From the NCBI GenBank assembly GCA_034669905.1, contig JAXMOL010000020.1:32001-96000 (forward strand): a stretch of DNA of 64,000 nt, written 5' to 3'. Source of the DNA: Candidatus Hydrogenedentota bacterium. Its GTDB lineage: Bacteria; Hydrogenedentota; Hydrogenedentia; Hydrogenedentales; JAEUWI01. This document shows, one piece after another, positions 46,450-56,186 of this stretch. Below the pieces are notes generated by a model, which was not told the DNA's origin, ran no database searches, and saw only the letters and a list, made by a program, of their open reading frames with translations. Within the stretch, counting starts at the first letter, position 1, and every line of letters starts with the position of its first letter. The position numbers and the translations under genes are program-made.

Positions 46450-49320
46450 TTACTTCTTCAGGTCTTCACCGGACGCTACGTCAATCTTCGCACCCGCCCG
46501 CAATCCGTCGGACCAGATTTTGAGCTCGCGCTCCCAATTCTGTACGCCATAGGACGCGGGGAATTGCATGCCGCGACGCCAGCCGCCTCGAATCCAATAG
46601 CGGAAGTGCTGTCCTTCGGGTGCGGCGATGAGGTGACGTTCTTCGGGGTAGGCCTTCACCTCGATTTGCTCATGGGCCGTGGTGACCGCGAGGCCAATGT
46701 CGCCAATGTCATCACCCTGACGTCCCCATACCCCGAGGGTGCCGGGGGTGGCGAGGTTGACCCCTTCGGCGAGGTCCATAAGACCAATGCCCACCGTGGC
46801 ACCTTCCAGGCCATCGGGGAGTATCACGTTGACCTCGGATTCGGTGCGGCCCGCGTAAATCAGGCAGCGGAGGATGACCTTCTTCTCGGGCATGTCGGGG
46901 AAAACATTACTGGCAATGATCTCCACCCCCGCGCGCACCGGGCCGGAACCCAGCACCTTGTGCTCAAAGGTCACATGTCCTTCACCGGCCGGACTCTGCA
47001 CCGGGTAGGCCTTGCCGTCGTGGTAAATGGTCAAGCCACCAAGCCCACTGGTCTTTCCGACATGGAGGGCGTCGATGCCCCAATCCTGCTCGGTGTGGTA
47101 GTTCACGCCTTCCAAGGGATAGATGAGGCGCTCTTCCCGGGGCAGTAACTGGACCTGCTTCCCGAAGAAGTCGAATTGTCCGGTGTAGAAGCGGAAGGCA
47201 CCCGCGTCCGACTCCCACGCTACGTAGGCCGGGTTGTCGAGGACGGCATTGGTGAGTTGGGGATGCGTCGACGTGCTTTCGCCCGCGGTGTGGTAAAAAA
47301 CGTAGTACGTGTTTGGTGTGTCTGCGTGTGCGTCGACGACAAAACTCAGTTCGGCGTCTTTACCATTGCGCCACGTGTTGAACTGATGGGGTATTTCGCG
47401 CCAGGTCAGCCAATAGTCACCGCTTACGACCACACAGTTGTCTGGGTTGAAGTCCGCAGCCTGGGCCACCAGGTCGGCTACGGGAATGGAGACCACATGA
47501 TCTTGCAGCACAGCTTCGGAAGTCTTGCCGAGAGCAAGGGTCAGGGGGATACGCTTCGTATAGGTCTGGCCATTGCGCGTGAGGGGCGATGACTTTTCGC
47601 TGTCCATCGGAGCATCGGAAGTCTCGCTTGTTTTCTTGGCGGCCTTGCCGATGTTGCCCGCCAGGTAGAGGGCTTCGATATCGCCCCAGTGCTGCTGGTT
47701 TCCCAAGGCCGATTTCAAGGCGACAAATAAGCGGTCGCGAACGAGAGCGGTGTAGAAGCGTGCACCGGCGGGAGTATTTTGTATGCGTTGTCCGATGCCC
47801 GTTTCGGGATGCCGGTCGAGCAGCGGTCCACGGTAATAGTCGATGACCGCCTGAACGTCTTCCGGGGTTTCGCCCAGCGCTGCAAGCGCTCCATCGATGA
47901 AGGCCTGGTTGGCTTCCAGCGAGCGCGCTATTGCGGGCTTGTAGACGGAAGGCAATGCCTCAAAGGTCAGGGCATAGGTCTCGTCACCCGGCGCGAGTTG
48001 CTGGGTAAAATCCACCGTGCCATCGCCATTCACGTCGGCTTCGCGGACGTCGAGCTTGCCGTCGTTGTCGCTGTCTTTCCAGGTATAGGCGGCGTCCAAC
48101 ACGCCATCGTGGTTGAAGTCCACGTCCATGTAGCCATAGTCGGCACCCAGGAGGTGGAGGCGCTGGTCGACTTCGTCGAAGTAGAGCGCCAGGGGCGACG
48201 CGGGGTCGGCCGTAACTTCCACGCGCTTGTTGAAGGGCGAAGAGGGCGGACCACCGACCTGTTCGAAATCGCCGTGCTTGGACTTGGCATTGAGGATGCC
48301 TTCCCACCGCTCGTGCGGGTCGTCTTCAGGCGTCTCGTCGGTGTTGCTGTTAATCTCGTCCCAGGTGAGCATGGCCTTGCCCCACTTGGCCTGCTGTCCA
48401 AACTCCATGCACTTATCCCACGGCACGACGGGGAGAGTCTTGACCCCGCGAATATCCAGGGCTTCCGAGTGCCAGGCGGCGGAGGAGAGTCCTTCTTCCG
48501 GCGGCAAGGCGGTGACGGAAAAGTCGTAGTTGTGGGTGTCTTTGCCATAGGCATCGTCATCGGCATCGATGCTGTAGCGGAGGTTCTTCACGGCCTCGCC
48601 GATGGCACTGATGCGGACCACGACTTCGCTGGCCTGGTCGCCATCGGGATCGTAAAAAGCGAAGGGGTCTTCCCATACGTTGACCCAGTGTTCGCTCTCT
48701 TCCGTCAGACGGAATTGGTAGAAGAGCTCGTCGCCGCTGAAGTGGGTGCGCCACTGGCAGAGGGGCTGGTAGTAGGTGCCGTTCACGTCGTGCCACAGCA
48801 GGTTGTCGTCGCCAATGTCAACAGCCCACCAGACGGTCATGTCGTCTTTTCCGTCCTTCCAATTCTTGTTGTAGAAAAGGCCCATCTGATCCACGTCGTT
48901 GTCGCCGTCATCATCCTGATAATCGGAGACCACATCAATATAGCCATCGGCGTCCCAATCCCAGAAGTACAAATCGCTGTCCAGATCGGGACGTCCGGTT
49001 GCCGCGTAGTCGCCGTCCTCATCCACGGCGCAGACGAGGATTTTTTCCTTGTTGTGGCGATAATCCGTGGCCATGTACCAGATTTCATCGACCTTTCCAT
49101 CCCCATCCCGATCGACGGTGAGGGATTCACCGGCCGGGAGGGCCGCTACTTCGGCGATGCGTTCCGCAGGGATAACGCGGGGCAGGTTAAAGATGCGCTC
49201 AAACACCACCGTGTTTTTCGGGCTGCCCACGGCATCGCTCTGGGCATGGACAAGGGTCGGGGCTCCGAGCATCAACAGCGCGATGCTGGTGAAGCGCGCA
49301 TAGCGGTCAGCTATAGACAT
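46450..49320 (-). CDS. Exported DUF4861 family protein with many DxDxDG Ca-binding motifs
   Basis: Signal peptide; DRDGDG, DEDGD, DWDADG, DPDGD, DSDNDG, DVNGDG; AWESD..FRFY..DFFGK..YH....WG.D.LHVGKT.GLGG. Confidence 0.75.
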   Translation of the reverse strand: MSIADRYARFTSIALLMLGAPTLVHAQSDAVGSPKNTVVFERIFNLPRVIPAERIAEVAALPAGESLTVDRDGDGKVDEIWYMATDYRHNKEKILVCAVDEDGDYAATGRPDLDSDLYFWDWDADGYIDVVSDYQDDDGDNDVDQMGLFYNKNWKDGKDDMTVWWAVDIGDDNLLWHDVNGTYYQPLCQWRTHFSGDELFYQFRLTEESEHWVNVWEDPFAFYDPDGDQASEVVVRISAIGEAVKNLRYSIDADDDAYGKDTHNYDFSVTALPPEEGLSSAAWHSEALDIRGVKTLPVVPWDKCMEFGQQAKWGKAMLTWDEINSNTDETPEDDPHERWEGILNAKSKHGDFEQVGGPPSSPFNKRVEVTADPASPLALYFDEVDQRLHLLGADYGYMDVDFNHDGVLDAAYTWKDSDNDGKLDVREADVNGDGTVDFTQQLAPGDETYALTFEALPSVYKPAIARSLEANQAFIDGALAALGETPEDVQAVIDYYRGPLLDRHPETGIGQRIQNTPAGARFYTALVRDRLFVALKSALGNQQHWGDIEALYLAGNIGKAAKKTSETSDAPMDSEKSSPLTRNGQTYTKRIPLTLALGKTSEAVLQDHVVSIPVADLVAQAADFNPDNCVVVSGDYWLTWREIPHQFNTWRNGKDAELSFVVDAHADTPNTYYVFYHTAGESTSTHPQLTNAVLDNPAYVAWESDAGAFRFYTGQFDFFGKQVQLLPREERLIYPLEGVNYHTEQDWGIDALHVGKTSGLGGLTIYHDGKAYPVQSPAGEGHVTFEHKVLGSGPVRAGVEIIASNVFPDMPEKKVILRCLIYAGRTESEVNVILPDGLEGATVGIGLMDLAEGVNLATPGTLGVWGRQGDDIGDIGLAVTTAHEQIEVKAYPEERHLIAAPEGQHFRYWIRGGWRRGMQFPASYGVQNWERELKIWSDGLRAGAKIDVASGEDLKK

Positions 49321-49396
49321 GACGATAAATTCTCCTGAGTATTGAAACGAGTTGCACCGCGAAAGGCCTGGAGTAGCCGTTGGTCCCGACGGATAT

Positions 49397-49599
49397 AAGT
49401 TGGACCACGAATGGACACCAATTTACACGAATACGATTGGCCCCGACCAATCAGGCGACCACAGAAAGTACAGAACAACACGGAAGGGGAAGCCGCGATA
49501 GCGAGACCGTGTTGTCCAACGAAAAAGGGTTGGTCATTGCCCAATTGCGTCGCCGCTTTCCTGATTCGTGTTAGTTGGTGTCCATTCGTGGTTCAACTT
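49397..49599. repeat. MITE-like element with about 35-bp imperfect terminal inverted repeats
   Basis: AAGTTGGACCACGAATGGACACCAATTTACACGAAT ... ATTCGTGTTAGTTGGTGTCCATTCGTGGTTCAACTT. Confidence 0.75.
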
Positions 49600-49757
49600 T
49601 TTGGGTTGTCGCTCACCAAGGTGCCAAGCCCTACGTGGTGAAAATGTTACTTGCTTGCGTTGCGATGCGGCATCGCTTGCTCTTAGCTTCGGACGTTCGC
49701 ATTCATGAAATACGTATGCTAGTCTACAACCGATTGACCCCACAATGGAATAGGCCT

Positions 49758-52754
49758 ATGAAAAACTCTGTACCCATAGTTATTTTGATGTCCTTTTGTG
49801 TGTTGCTGAGCGCAGACCTGTTGGCACAGGAGGCACGGCGCGACGAGTACATCCACGCGGTGGTTCGGGGCGCGGGCTTTTTGCCGTGGCAGGAACAGGG
49901 CGTATCCGAAGCGGAAGAAACCTTTCGCGCTGAGATGGAAGCGCGAAAAGATACCCTGCTCTCGGGACCGTCCATTGCGCACCCCGCCTTCTATGATGCC
50001 GAGGCGATTGCCCGGGCAAAGGAGAATATCGCGCAGCACGATTGGGCGAAGGCCTGGCTTGCCAATCAGGTGGACCTCGCCGAATACGTCGTGGCCCAGG
50101 ACCCCGGTTGGATAGAGGCCATGATTCCCCTGGAAGCGCCCAGCCCCATCTATGGGTTTACCTGTCCCCATTGTGTGGGCGTGAAGAGTCAGGAGGGCGT
50201 GGGGTCACGGTTGGTGGATTGGTCCTATAAGAAACCCGATGAGATCCGCTGTCGTCGCTGCAAGACGGTCTTTCCCAATGCCGCCTATCCCGAAACGGCA
50301 AGCCTCCAGCTACCCCGTCTCGGCCAGACAGTATCCTATCATTTGAACCCGGCGGAGCAGGCGAATCCGGACGACCGAAGTGGCAAGCTCGCGTGGCACT
50401 GGGTCGGCTATCCCATGCACGTCAGCTTCAGTGGCGTCATCCGCGAGAAGAAGATTGCCTTCATGCGGACCGCCGCGAAATCGCTCGCGTTGGCCTGGCT
50501 CTTCACCGAAGATCCCCGCTATGCTGTTGCCACGCGGGAGGTGATGACCCGCTATGCCACGGCCTACCGCCAGTGGCCCTACCACGACTACTGGGGCACC
50601 TACGCGGACTGCGATCCCCTCTACGCAGCCTGGCACGACAGGAGCCTGCCCCTGGTCTGGAAGCGCCACCTTTCCGAAAGTGCCTTTGCGAAGGATTCCC
50701 TGGAAAAGGCACGCATGCTCCAAACCTATTGGGGGGCGGGACGAATCCACGCCAGCACGGATGGCGTGAGTGGACTGAATCAGTTTGTGCAGGCCTATGA
50801 CTTTACGTGGAACGCCGTGGATGAGTCCGGCAATCCCGTGTGGGATGATGCGTCGCGACGTCTGGTAGAGCGGGACCTCATTCTGGAAGCGGCCTTCGGT
50901 GCCGAGCCCTATATCGGGGGTCCCGGTGAGGCGAAGGAGGAAAACAACAAGGCTCCCCGCATTTACAACGCCTTTGGCGCGGTGGGGAAGGTCCTTGGCA
51001 TTCCTCAATATGTGGACGTGGCCATTCGTGGCTACGAATGTGTGCGCGATGCTTCCTTCAATTACGATGGCTTCAGTACGGAGAGTCCGTCCTACACCAA
51101 CATGTATCTGGCCCAATTGCTCATCGTGCCGGAATCCCTCCATGGCTATGTCTGGCCCGAAGGGGTCCCCGGTCGCAGTGGCACCGTTGATCTCTATGGG
51201 CAGGACGAACGGCTGAAGCTCATGTACCAGTCTATCTTGGACACCATACTTCCCAATGGTGAATATCTCCCGCTGAGTGATACCCGCCTTAACAGCAAAC
51301 CATCCGTCCACATCTTGCAGATGGGTGCCCGTCGGTATCCGGAAAACTTCGCGGGCGTCTTGCCCAACATCCACCGGAGCACTGGCGACGAGTATGCGGT
51401 GTTTAATCTGAACGAAGAAGCGCTCCGAGAGAAACGCCCCCTGGAACAAGAGGACACCCTCTATCCCGCCTGGAAGACGGCGATTCTGCGGCATGGTCGG
51501 GGCACGGAAGCCGATACCCTTACCCTGGCCTTCAACCCCCGTGGGGGACACCGCCACTACGATAACCTGGCGCTCTTTTACGATGACGGCGGGCGCACCG
51601 TCGTGGGGGACCTGGGGTACCTGGGTGACATGCCGGTGAACAAATGGATCAAGGCCACGGCCAGTCACAATCTCGTGATCGTCGACGGGAAGGAGCAGGA
51701 ATTCAACGGGCGTAAGACCAGTTTTGAATTCATGGCGTCCTCGCCGCTGGCCTCGGTGGTCGAGGCGACGTCCACGGCCTACCCGCAGTGCAGCGACTAC
51801 CGACGTCGCGTGTTGATGGTAAGAACGGGCGAGAACGAGACCTTCGCGATCGATGTGTTTACGGTGCGCGGTGGTTCGGAGCACCGTTTTCGCAGCTACA
51901 GTGAGTTGGCCTCCAGTTACGCGGCCGACGGAAATCTGCGCTTTGACGGCGTCGAAATTCCGGAGGAGGCCTCGTTGCCCGACGTGGGGGCGAGCCTGGC
52001 CAAGGAAGATATCTACGGCGTGCGCGATGTCCGGGTGGGCACGGCCCGCGGTGAGACCTGGCAGGCGACGTGGCAGGATGAGACGGGCGGATATCGCCTC
52101 TGGTTGGCCAGCCCGGCCGACCGCGTGGAGGCTTCCAACGGCCCGGGACAGCGCACCATGGATGAAAAGGGCCGTCGCGTGCGCTATGTGGATACGGTTC
52201 GGAGTGGCACAGACGTGCAGAGCACCTTCGTCGCCGTGCACGAGCCCCTCCACGACGGACACCGTATCGGCGCTGTTACGCGTGTTAAGAATTCAGGAGG
52301 TGCCGACGCAGTGGCCCTGCGCATCGAGGGAGAGACGGGCGTGTATCTGGCGTTGAACAATTTCGATGCGGTGGCCACGGTGGAAGACGTGGCGTTTCAG
52401 GGACGCTTTGCCTTGATCCATCGTCCGCCAGCCGGGCCCACACGCTATCTCGCCCTGGGTGCCGAGACGCTCCGTATCGACGGGCAGGAATGTGTCACGG
52501 GCCCTGGAGTCTGGCAGAGCGCGGCCACCCGGGTGTCTACAGATACCCTGAAAGCCGAGCAGTCCCCTCCTGCGGCCTGGGGAACGGAGATGGGTGAGGC
52601 CAAAGCCTATGCACGGATTTTAGTCGACGGCGACTGGACGGGGATTCCGCTGGAAGACATCGCGGACGACGGGACCGTTCGCGCCGCTCGTTTTCCCCTC
52701 CCGTCCCTCAGCGCGATCGAGGTGCTTCGGACGTGTGCAGGTACATTACCGTAG
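49758..52754 (+). CDS. Exported heparinase II/III-like polysaccharide lyase
   Basis: Signal peptide; DGFSTESPSY, LPLSD, GGHRHYDNLAL, GDLGY, ATASHNLVIVDG; CPHC/CRRC insert. Confidence 0.82.
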   Translation: MKNSVPIVILMSFCVLLSADLLAQEARRDEYIHAVVRGAGFLPWQEQGVSEAEETFRAEMEARKDTLLSGPSIAHPAFYDAEAIARAKENIAQHDWAKAWLANQVDLAEYVVAQDPGWIEAMIPLEAPSPIYGFTCPHCVGVKSQEGVGSRLVDWSYKKPDEIRCRRCKTVFPNAAYPETASLQLPRLGQTVSYHLNPAEQANPDDRSGKLAWHWVGYPMHVSFSGVIREKKIAFMRTAAKSLALAWLFTEDPRYAVATREVMTRYATAYRQWPYHDYWGTYADCDPLYAAWHDRSLPLVWKRHLSESAFAKDSLEKARMLQTYWGAGRIHASTDGVSGLNQFVQAYDFTWNAVDESGNPVWDDASRRLVERDLILEAAFGAEPYIGGPGEAKEENNKAPRIYNAFGAVGKVLGIPQYVDVAIRGYECVRDASFNYDGFSTESPSYTNMYLAQLLIVPESLHGYVWPEGVPGRSGTVDLYGQDERLKLMYQSILDTILPNGEYLPLSDTRLNSKPSVHILQMGARRYPENFAGVLPNIHRSTGDEYAVFNLNEEALREKRPLEQEDTLYPAWKTAILRHGRGTEADTLTLAFNPRGGHRHYDNLALFYDDGGRTVVGDLGYLGDMPVNKWIKATASHNLVIVDGKEQEFNGRKTSFEFMASSPLASVVEATSTAYPQCSDYRRRVLMVRTGENETFAIDVFTVRGGSEHRFRSYSELASSYAADGNLRFDGVEIPEEASLPDVGASLAKEDIYGVRDVRVGTARGETWQATWQDETGGYRLWLASPADRVEASNGPGQRTMDEKGRRVRYVDTVRSGTDVQSTFVAVHEPLHDGHRIGAVTRVKNSGGADAVALRIEGETGVYLALNNFDAVATVEDVAFQGRFALIHRPPAGPTRYLALGAETLRIDGQECVTGPGVWQSAATRVSTDTLKAEQSPPAAWGTEMGEAKAYARILVDGDWTGIPLEDIADDGTVRAARFPLPSLSAIEVLRTCAGTLP

Positions 52755-52953
52755 GGCGTGCTGGCTCCAATGCTTACTGTCCGTTTCCGCGGGGAATTTT
52801 CGTGCCCAATCGCCGTCCAAGACGCCATTAAAGATTTATCAGTAGAGACTAATTATTGAGTCGATGGTCCGCACCGATTGATTTGGAAGCAAGCATATCC
52901 CAATTGTTGTAATCGAAAACTCGATTAAAGCTCTTTTTCCGATGCTCAGACTG

Positions 52954-52970
52954 TTGGATCAATTCTTGCA
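52954..52970 (+). promoter_or_regulatory. Candidate sigma54 (-24/-12) promoter upstream of PEP-CTERM gene
   Basis: TTGGATCAATTCTTGCA has GG-N10-GC spacing; palindrome TAATCGA-N4-TCGATTA at 52910-52927. Confidence 0.45.
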
Positions 52971-53030
52971 GCGATTAGCGGGTTGTCGGCGATGTTTGCA
53001 TTCTAAATTCTTATGAAGATTGGAGGAAAA

Positions 53031-53618
53031 ATGGGAACGATGAAATCAGTAATTGTGCCGATGATTGCGTTGGCGGCGTCCGCAATCCCCTTGCAGACAT
53101 CCGCATCGCTGATCGGCGATGAAGTTTCGGGCGTATTCAATGTTGGTGCCGACACTACAAACTACTTTGACGCTGGCTTGGGTTCCTTGCCGGTCGAGGC
53201 TACGGTCGGAGCCGGCAATGAGTTCTTTGGTGATCTTCTTTTTGCGGATGTATACGTAGATCTTGGAGCAAATACGTTGTCCTTCGGGGTTCAAAACCAA
53301 GGGTCCTACAATCTCACCCCCACGGGTCGGATGGAAGTCTGGCTGGAAGACCTCGATTGGGTAGGTCAGCCAGGTGGCTACATCTCGGGCCTGAACCCGA
53401 TTAGCTCGGATTTTACCGATTTGACCTATGACTTTACGGACCACGGTATTCATTTGTCGATTGGCGACCAGCGGTACACCAGCCCGGATGAGCTATGGAT
53501 CGCAAATTTTGCGATTGTCAGTGATCACGCACCGATTCCCGAGCCAACAACCGTTGCGCTCCTGGGCCTCGGACTGATTGGCATGGTAGCCCGACATCGG
53601 GTAGCTAACCGGGCATAG
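53031..53618 (+). CDS. PEP-CTERM sorting domain protein
   Basis: Signal peptide; C-terminal IPEPTTVALLGLGLIGMVARHR. Confidence 0.92.
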   Translation: MGTMKSVIVPMIALAASAIPLQTSASLIGDEVSGVFNVGADTTNYFDAGLGSLPVEATVGAGNEFFGDLLFADVYVDLGANTLSFGVQNQGSYNLTPTGRMEVWLEDLDWVGQPGGYISGLNPISSDFTDLTYDFTDHGIHLSIGDQRYTSPDELWIANFAIVSDHAPIPEPTTVALLGLGLIGMVARHRVANRA

Positions 53619-53645
53619 AAAAGCATCAGTCACCTTGCATGCGAC

Positions 53646-53678
53646 AACCGTCGGCGCCTATCGTCGGCGGTTTTTCTT
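53646..53678 (+). terminator. Rho-independent terminator
   Basis: AACCGTCGGCG/CGTCGGCGGTT stem followed by T run. Confidence 0.65.
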
Positions 53679-53705
53679 GCTTCCGCTGGGTTAGCCCTCC
53701 TGTCT

Positions 53706-53813
53706 GGCGACACGAAAAGCTATGCGCGAACTCTGACTGATGGTGACTGGACGGGTATTGCACAGGAATCCATCGCAGACGACGGCACGGTTCGAGGCAC
53801 TGCTTTTCCTTAG
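53706..53813 (+). pseudogene. Remnant copy of the 3' end of the heparinase-like gene
   Basis: GDTKSYARTLTDGDWTGIAQESIADDGTVRGTAFP* aligns ungapped with 52593-52697 (24/35 aa identical). Confidence 0.85.
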
Positions 53814-54415
53814 ACGGAGACTACGCGAATGGAATTGCCAACGTCGTATTCAGGAAGTCTGTCGAAGTAACACGAGGCCTTCGGGCGGCAGAGATGGCGG
53901 TAACGGCCCCGGACGGGAGTTGTCGAAACTTGTACAATACGACGGTCACCTCGCCGGCCCCCCAATTGGGGGGTAGAAAGCGGGCTCCTAAACGAGTCGG
54001 TACCATTAGGGCTGGCCCCTCTGAGACCTTGAATCGGTATGGGACGATTGGGACATCCGGATATCAGCGTGAGAAAGTAGGATTGCGAATACGGGTAGGT
54101 CTTGACGCTTAAGAATCAACCCATTCTTCCGTTTAATCCGAGAGAATTCTGCCACAGTGGTTGGTGTCTTGGAATGCCGTGGAGACGTAGAGTTCAGATT
54201 CGACACGGAAGCGCCCGCCGAGAGATTTTCTCTGCCCTCCCGTGAGGCGATTTGAAATCCCCAGAACCCGCTACGGGAAGAGTAACCAGTGGATTGTTAT
54301 GAAGGCTTCCCGATTATACTCCCCTATACTCCAACAGGCTTGCCCTGAATAGCCCGTCCTATACGGGGTATACTATGCAAGAGCCCACACCATCATCACA
54401 GCAAGAGGGATTGCC

Positions 54416-55594
54416 GTGCCTAGCCAAATCCACCAGGACCTCATGTATCTCGCGGGGAGATTGCTGCACCGTAGTGCGCAAAGTGAATGTGAGCGGGATG
54501 CTGCCGAGTATATCGAGCGCCGCTTCAAGGAGCATACGCCGGAGGTGTCGTCGGAGTCGTTCTTCTGTATCGAGAACTATCCCTACCTTTTCGCGTCCTA
54601 TTTTTCCGAATTTCTTGTCGTGGGTATTCTCTCCATCTACTGGCCGCTGATGGCCTTCTTATATGGTGGGGCCGTCTTCATTTTTTATTTCATGGAGTTT
54701 TCCGGGTTTCGCGGACTCTCCCGTTTCATGCCCCAGTATCCCTCTCAGAATGTGGTGGCCCGCTTTCAGGCGGTCCGACCACGCAGTCTGATCGTCGTGA
54801 CGGCCCACTATGACAGCGGCTGCGCCAGTCCACTCACGTCACCTGCGGTCATCCCCTGGTTGCGGCTCCTCAATTACGTGGTGATTGCCGCGATGGTGAT
54901 CGTACTGGCTACCTGTGTTTCCGATTTTATCGCGGTGCGGAATGGAGCGTCCGGCGAGATGGCCATGGCCGTCCGTGCCCTGGCTATTGGTATCCTGATG
55001 GCCGGTGCCCTGGCACTCTTCATGGCGTCGTCTCGCGGCGAGGATATTCGGGGGGCCAATGGAAACGCTTCCGGTGTCGCTGCGCTACTCGGGCTCGCTG
55101 ATTCCCTGGGCCGCGATCAGCCGGAAGACGCCGACGTCTGGTTGGTGGCGACGGGAAGCCATGAATCCTGGATGGGGGGGATGCGGCAGTTCCTGGCGGA
55201 GCATCATCTGGACCGGGCGAATACCTACATCCTCAATCTGGAGGGCATCGGAGCCGGTGAGCCCCACGTGTTGACGAAGGAAGGCATGCTCCACGTCTTG
55301 CGGGCCAATCCGGATATGCTGCGCCATGCACGGGCCCTGGCTGACGCACATGGCATAAGAGAAGGGGTTATGCGCGCCGTGCCCACAGAGGCCCACGTGC
55401 CCCTTATGCGAGAAATGAACGCCATGACCGTCATGGGCCTGGATGAGGAAGGGCTCCCTCCTCACTGGAATCAGATCTCGGACCGCGTCACGGAGGTGGA
55501 GGAAAAAACCATAGCGCAAGTAACCAACTTTGCCGATGCCTTTATTCGGGTCCTGGCACGTGAACATGCCCAGGGGGAGTCTGGAAACGGATAG
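54416..55594 (+). CDS. Membrane-bound M28 peptidase-like protein with degenerate metal site
   Basis: SQNVVA, VTAHYDS, GANGNASG, TGSHES, LNLEG; internal TM helices; GTG start with GAGGGA RBS. Confidence 0.8.
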   Translation: MPSQIHQDLMYLAGRLLHRSAQSECERDAAEYIERRFKEHTPEVSSESFFCIENYPYLFASYFSEFLVVGILSIYWPLMAFLYGGAVFIFYFMEFSGFRGLSRFMPQYPSQNVVARFQAVRPRSLIVVTAHYDSGCASPLTSPAVIPWLRLLNYVVIAAMVIVLATCVSDFIAVRNGASGEMAMAVRALAIGILMAGALALFMASSRGEDIRGANGNASGVAALLGLADSLGRDQPEDADVWLVATGSHESWMGGMRQFLAEHHLDRANTYILNLEGIGAGEPHVLTKEGMLHVLRANPDMLRHARALADAHGIREGVMRAVPTEAHVPLMREMNAMTVMGLDEEGLPPHWNQISDRVTEVEEKTIAQVTNFADAFIRVLAREHAQGESGNG

Positions 55595-55625
55595 GGGCGC
55601 TGGCCCCGGCATCGACTAACGACGA

Positions 55626-55946
55626 TCAGTCGCTGGCCTTGTTGATTTCGCACGCCACCGAAGTCAGGAGTTGTTGCTTTAATGCCTCCACGCCCGCTTC
55701 GTCCAGGCCCGAAATCCAAATGTTGTCGGGCATCATCAGCACATTGGGACCCTCTTCACAGCGGTCCATGCACCCCGATTTACACACCCGGATGTGGCGC
55801 TTCAGTTTCTGGTCCTTCACCCACTGCTTCAGATCGGCGTGCAGCGCGACGCTGCCCCGCTCGGCGCAACAGACCCGTTCTCCGGGTTCACGGCAGTTGG
55901 TGCAGACGAAGAGGATTTTCTTGAAGGGTAGGGCGTGGGTGTCCAT
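55626..55946 (-). CDS. Thioredoxin-like [2Fe-2S] ferredoxin
   Basis: FVCTN..CC..SGCMDRCEEGP. Confidence 0.9.
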   Translation of the reverse strand: MDTHALPFKKILFVCTNCREPGERVCCAERGSVALHADLKQWVKDQKLKRHIRVCKSGCMDRCEEGPNVLMMPDNIWISGLDEAGVEALKQQLLTSVACEINKASD

Positions 55947-56186
55947 CGTGTGGGGCAAATTCCTGCGGTCATCGATTGCATTCCGTTACGAGCGCCAGTA
56001 TGCCAGAGAGGCCGTGGACGGTGCCAGCACGGGGCGCATGATAAAGCCGTAGAACTGTGAGATTGAGATTAGGGGGCGGAGCGGGTACACTGTGCCCTTG
56101 AAAATATCGCGACAGCCCCACCCACCAGGTGAGACCGGGCCTGTTTGACTTCGCGACGCACGTACTTGTTTGGAGCACCCCCGATT

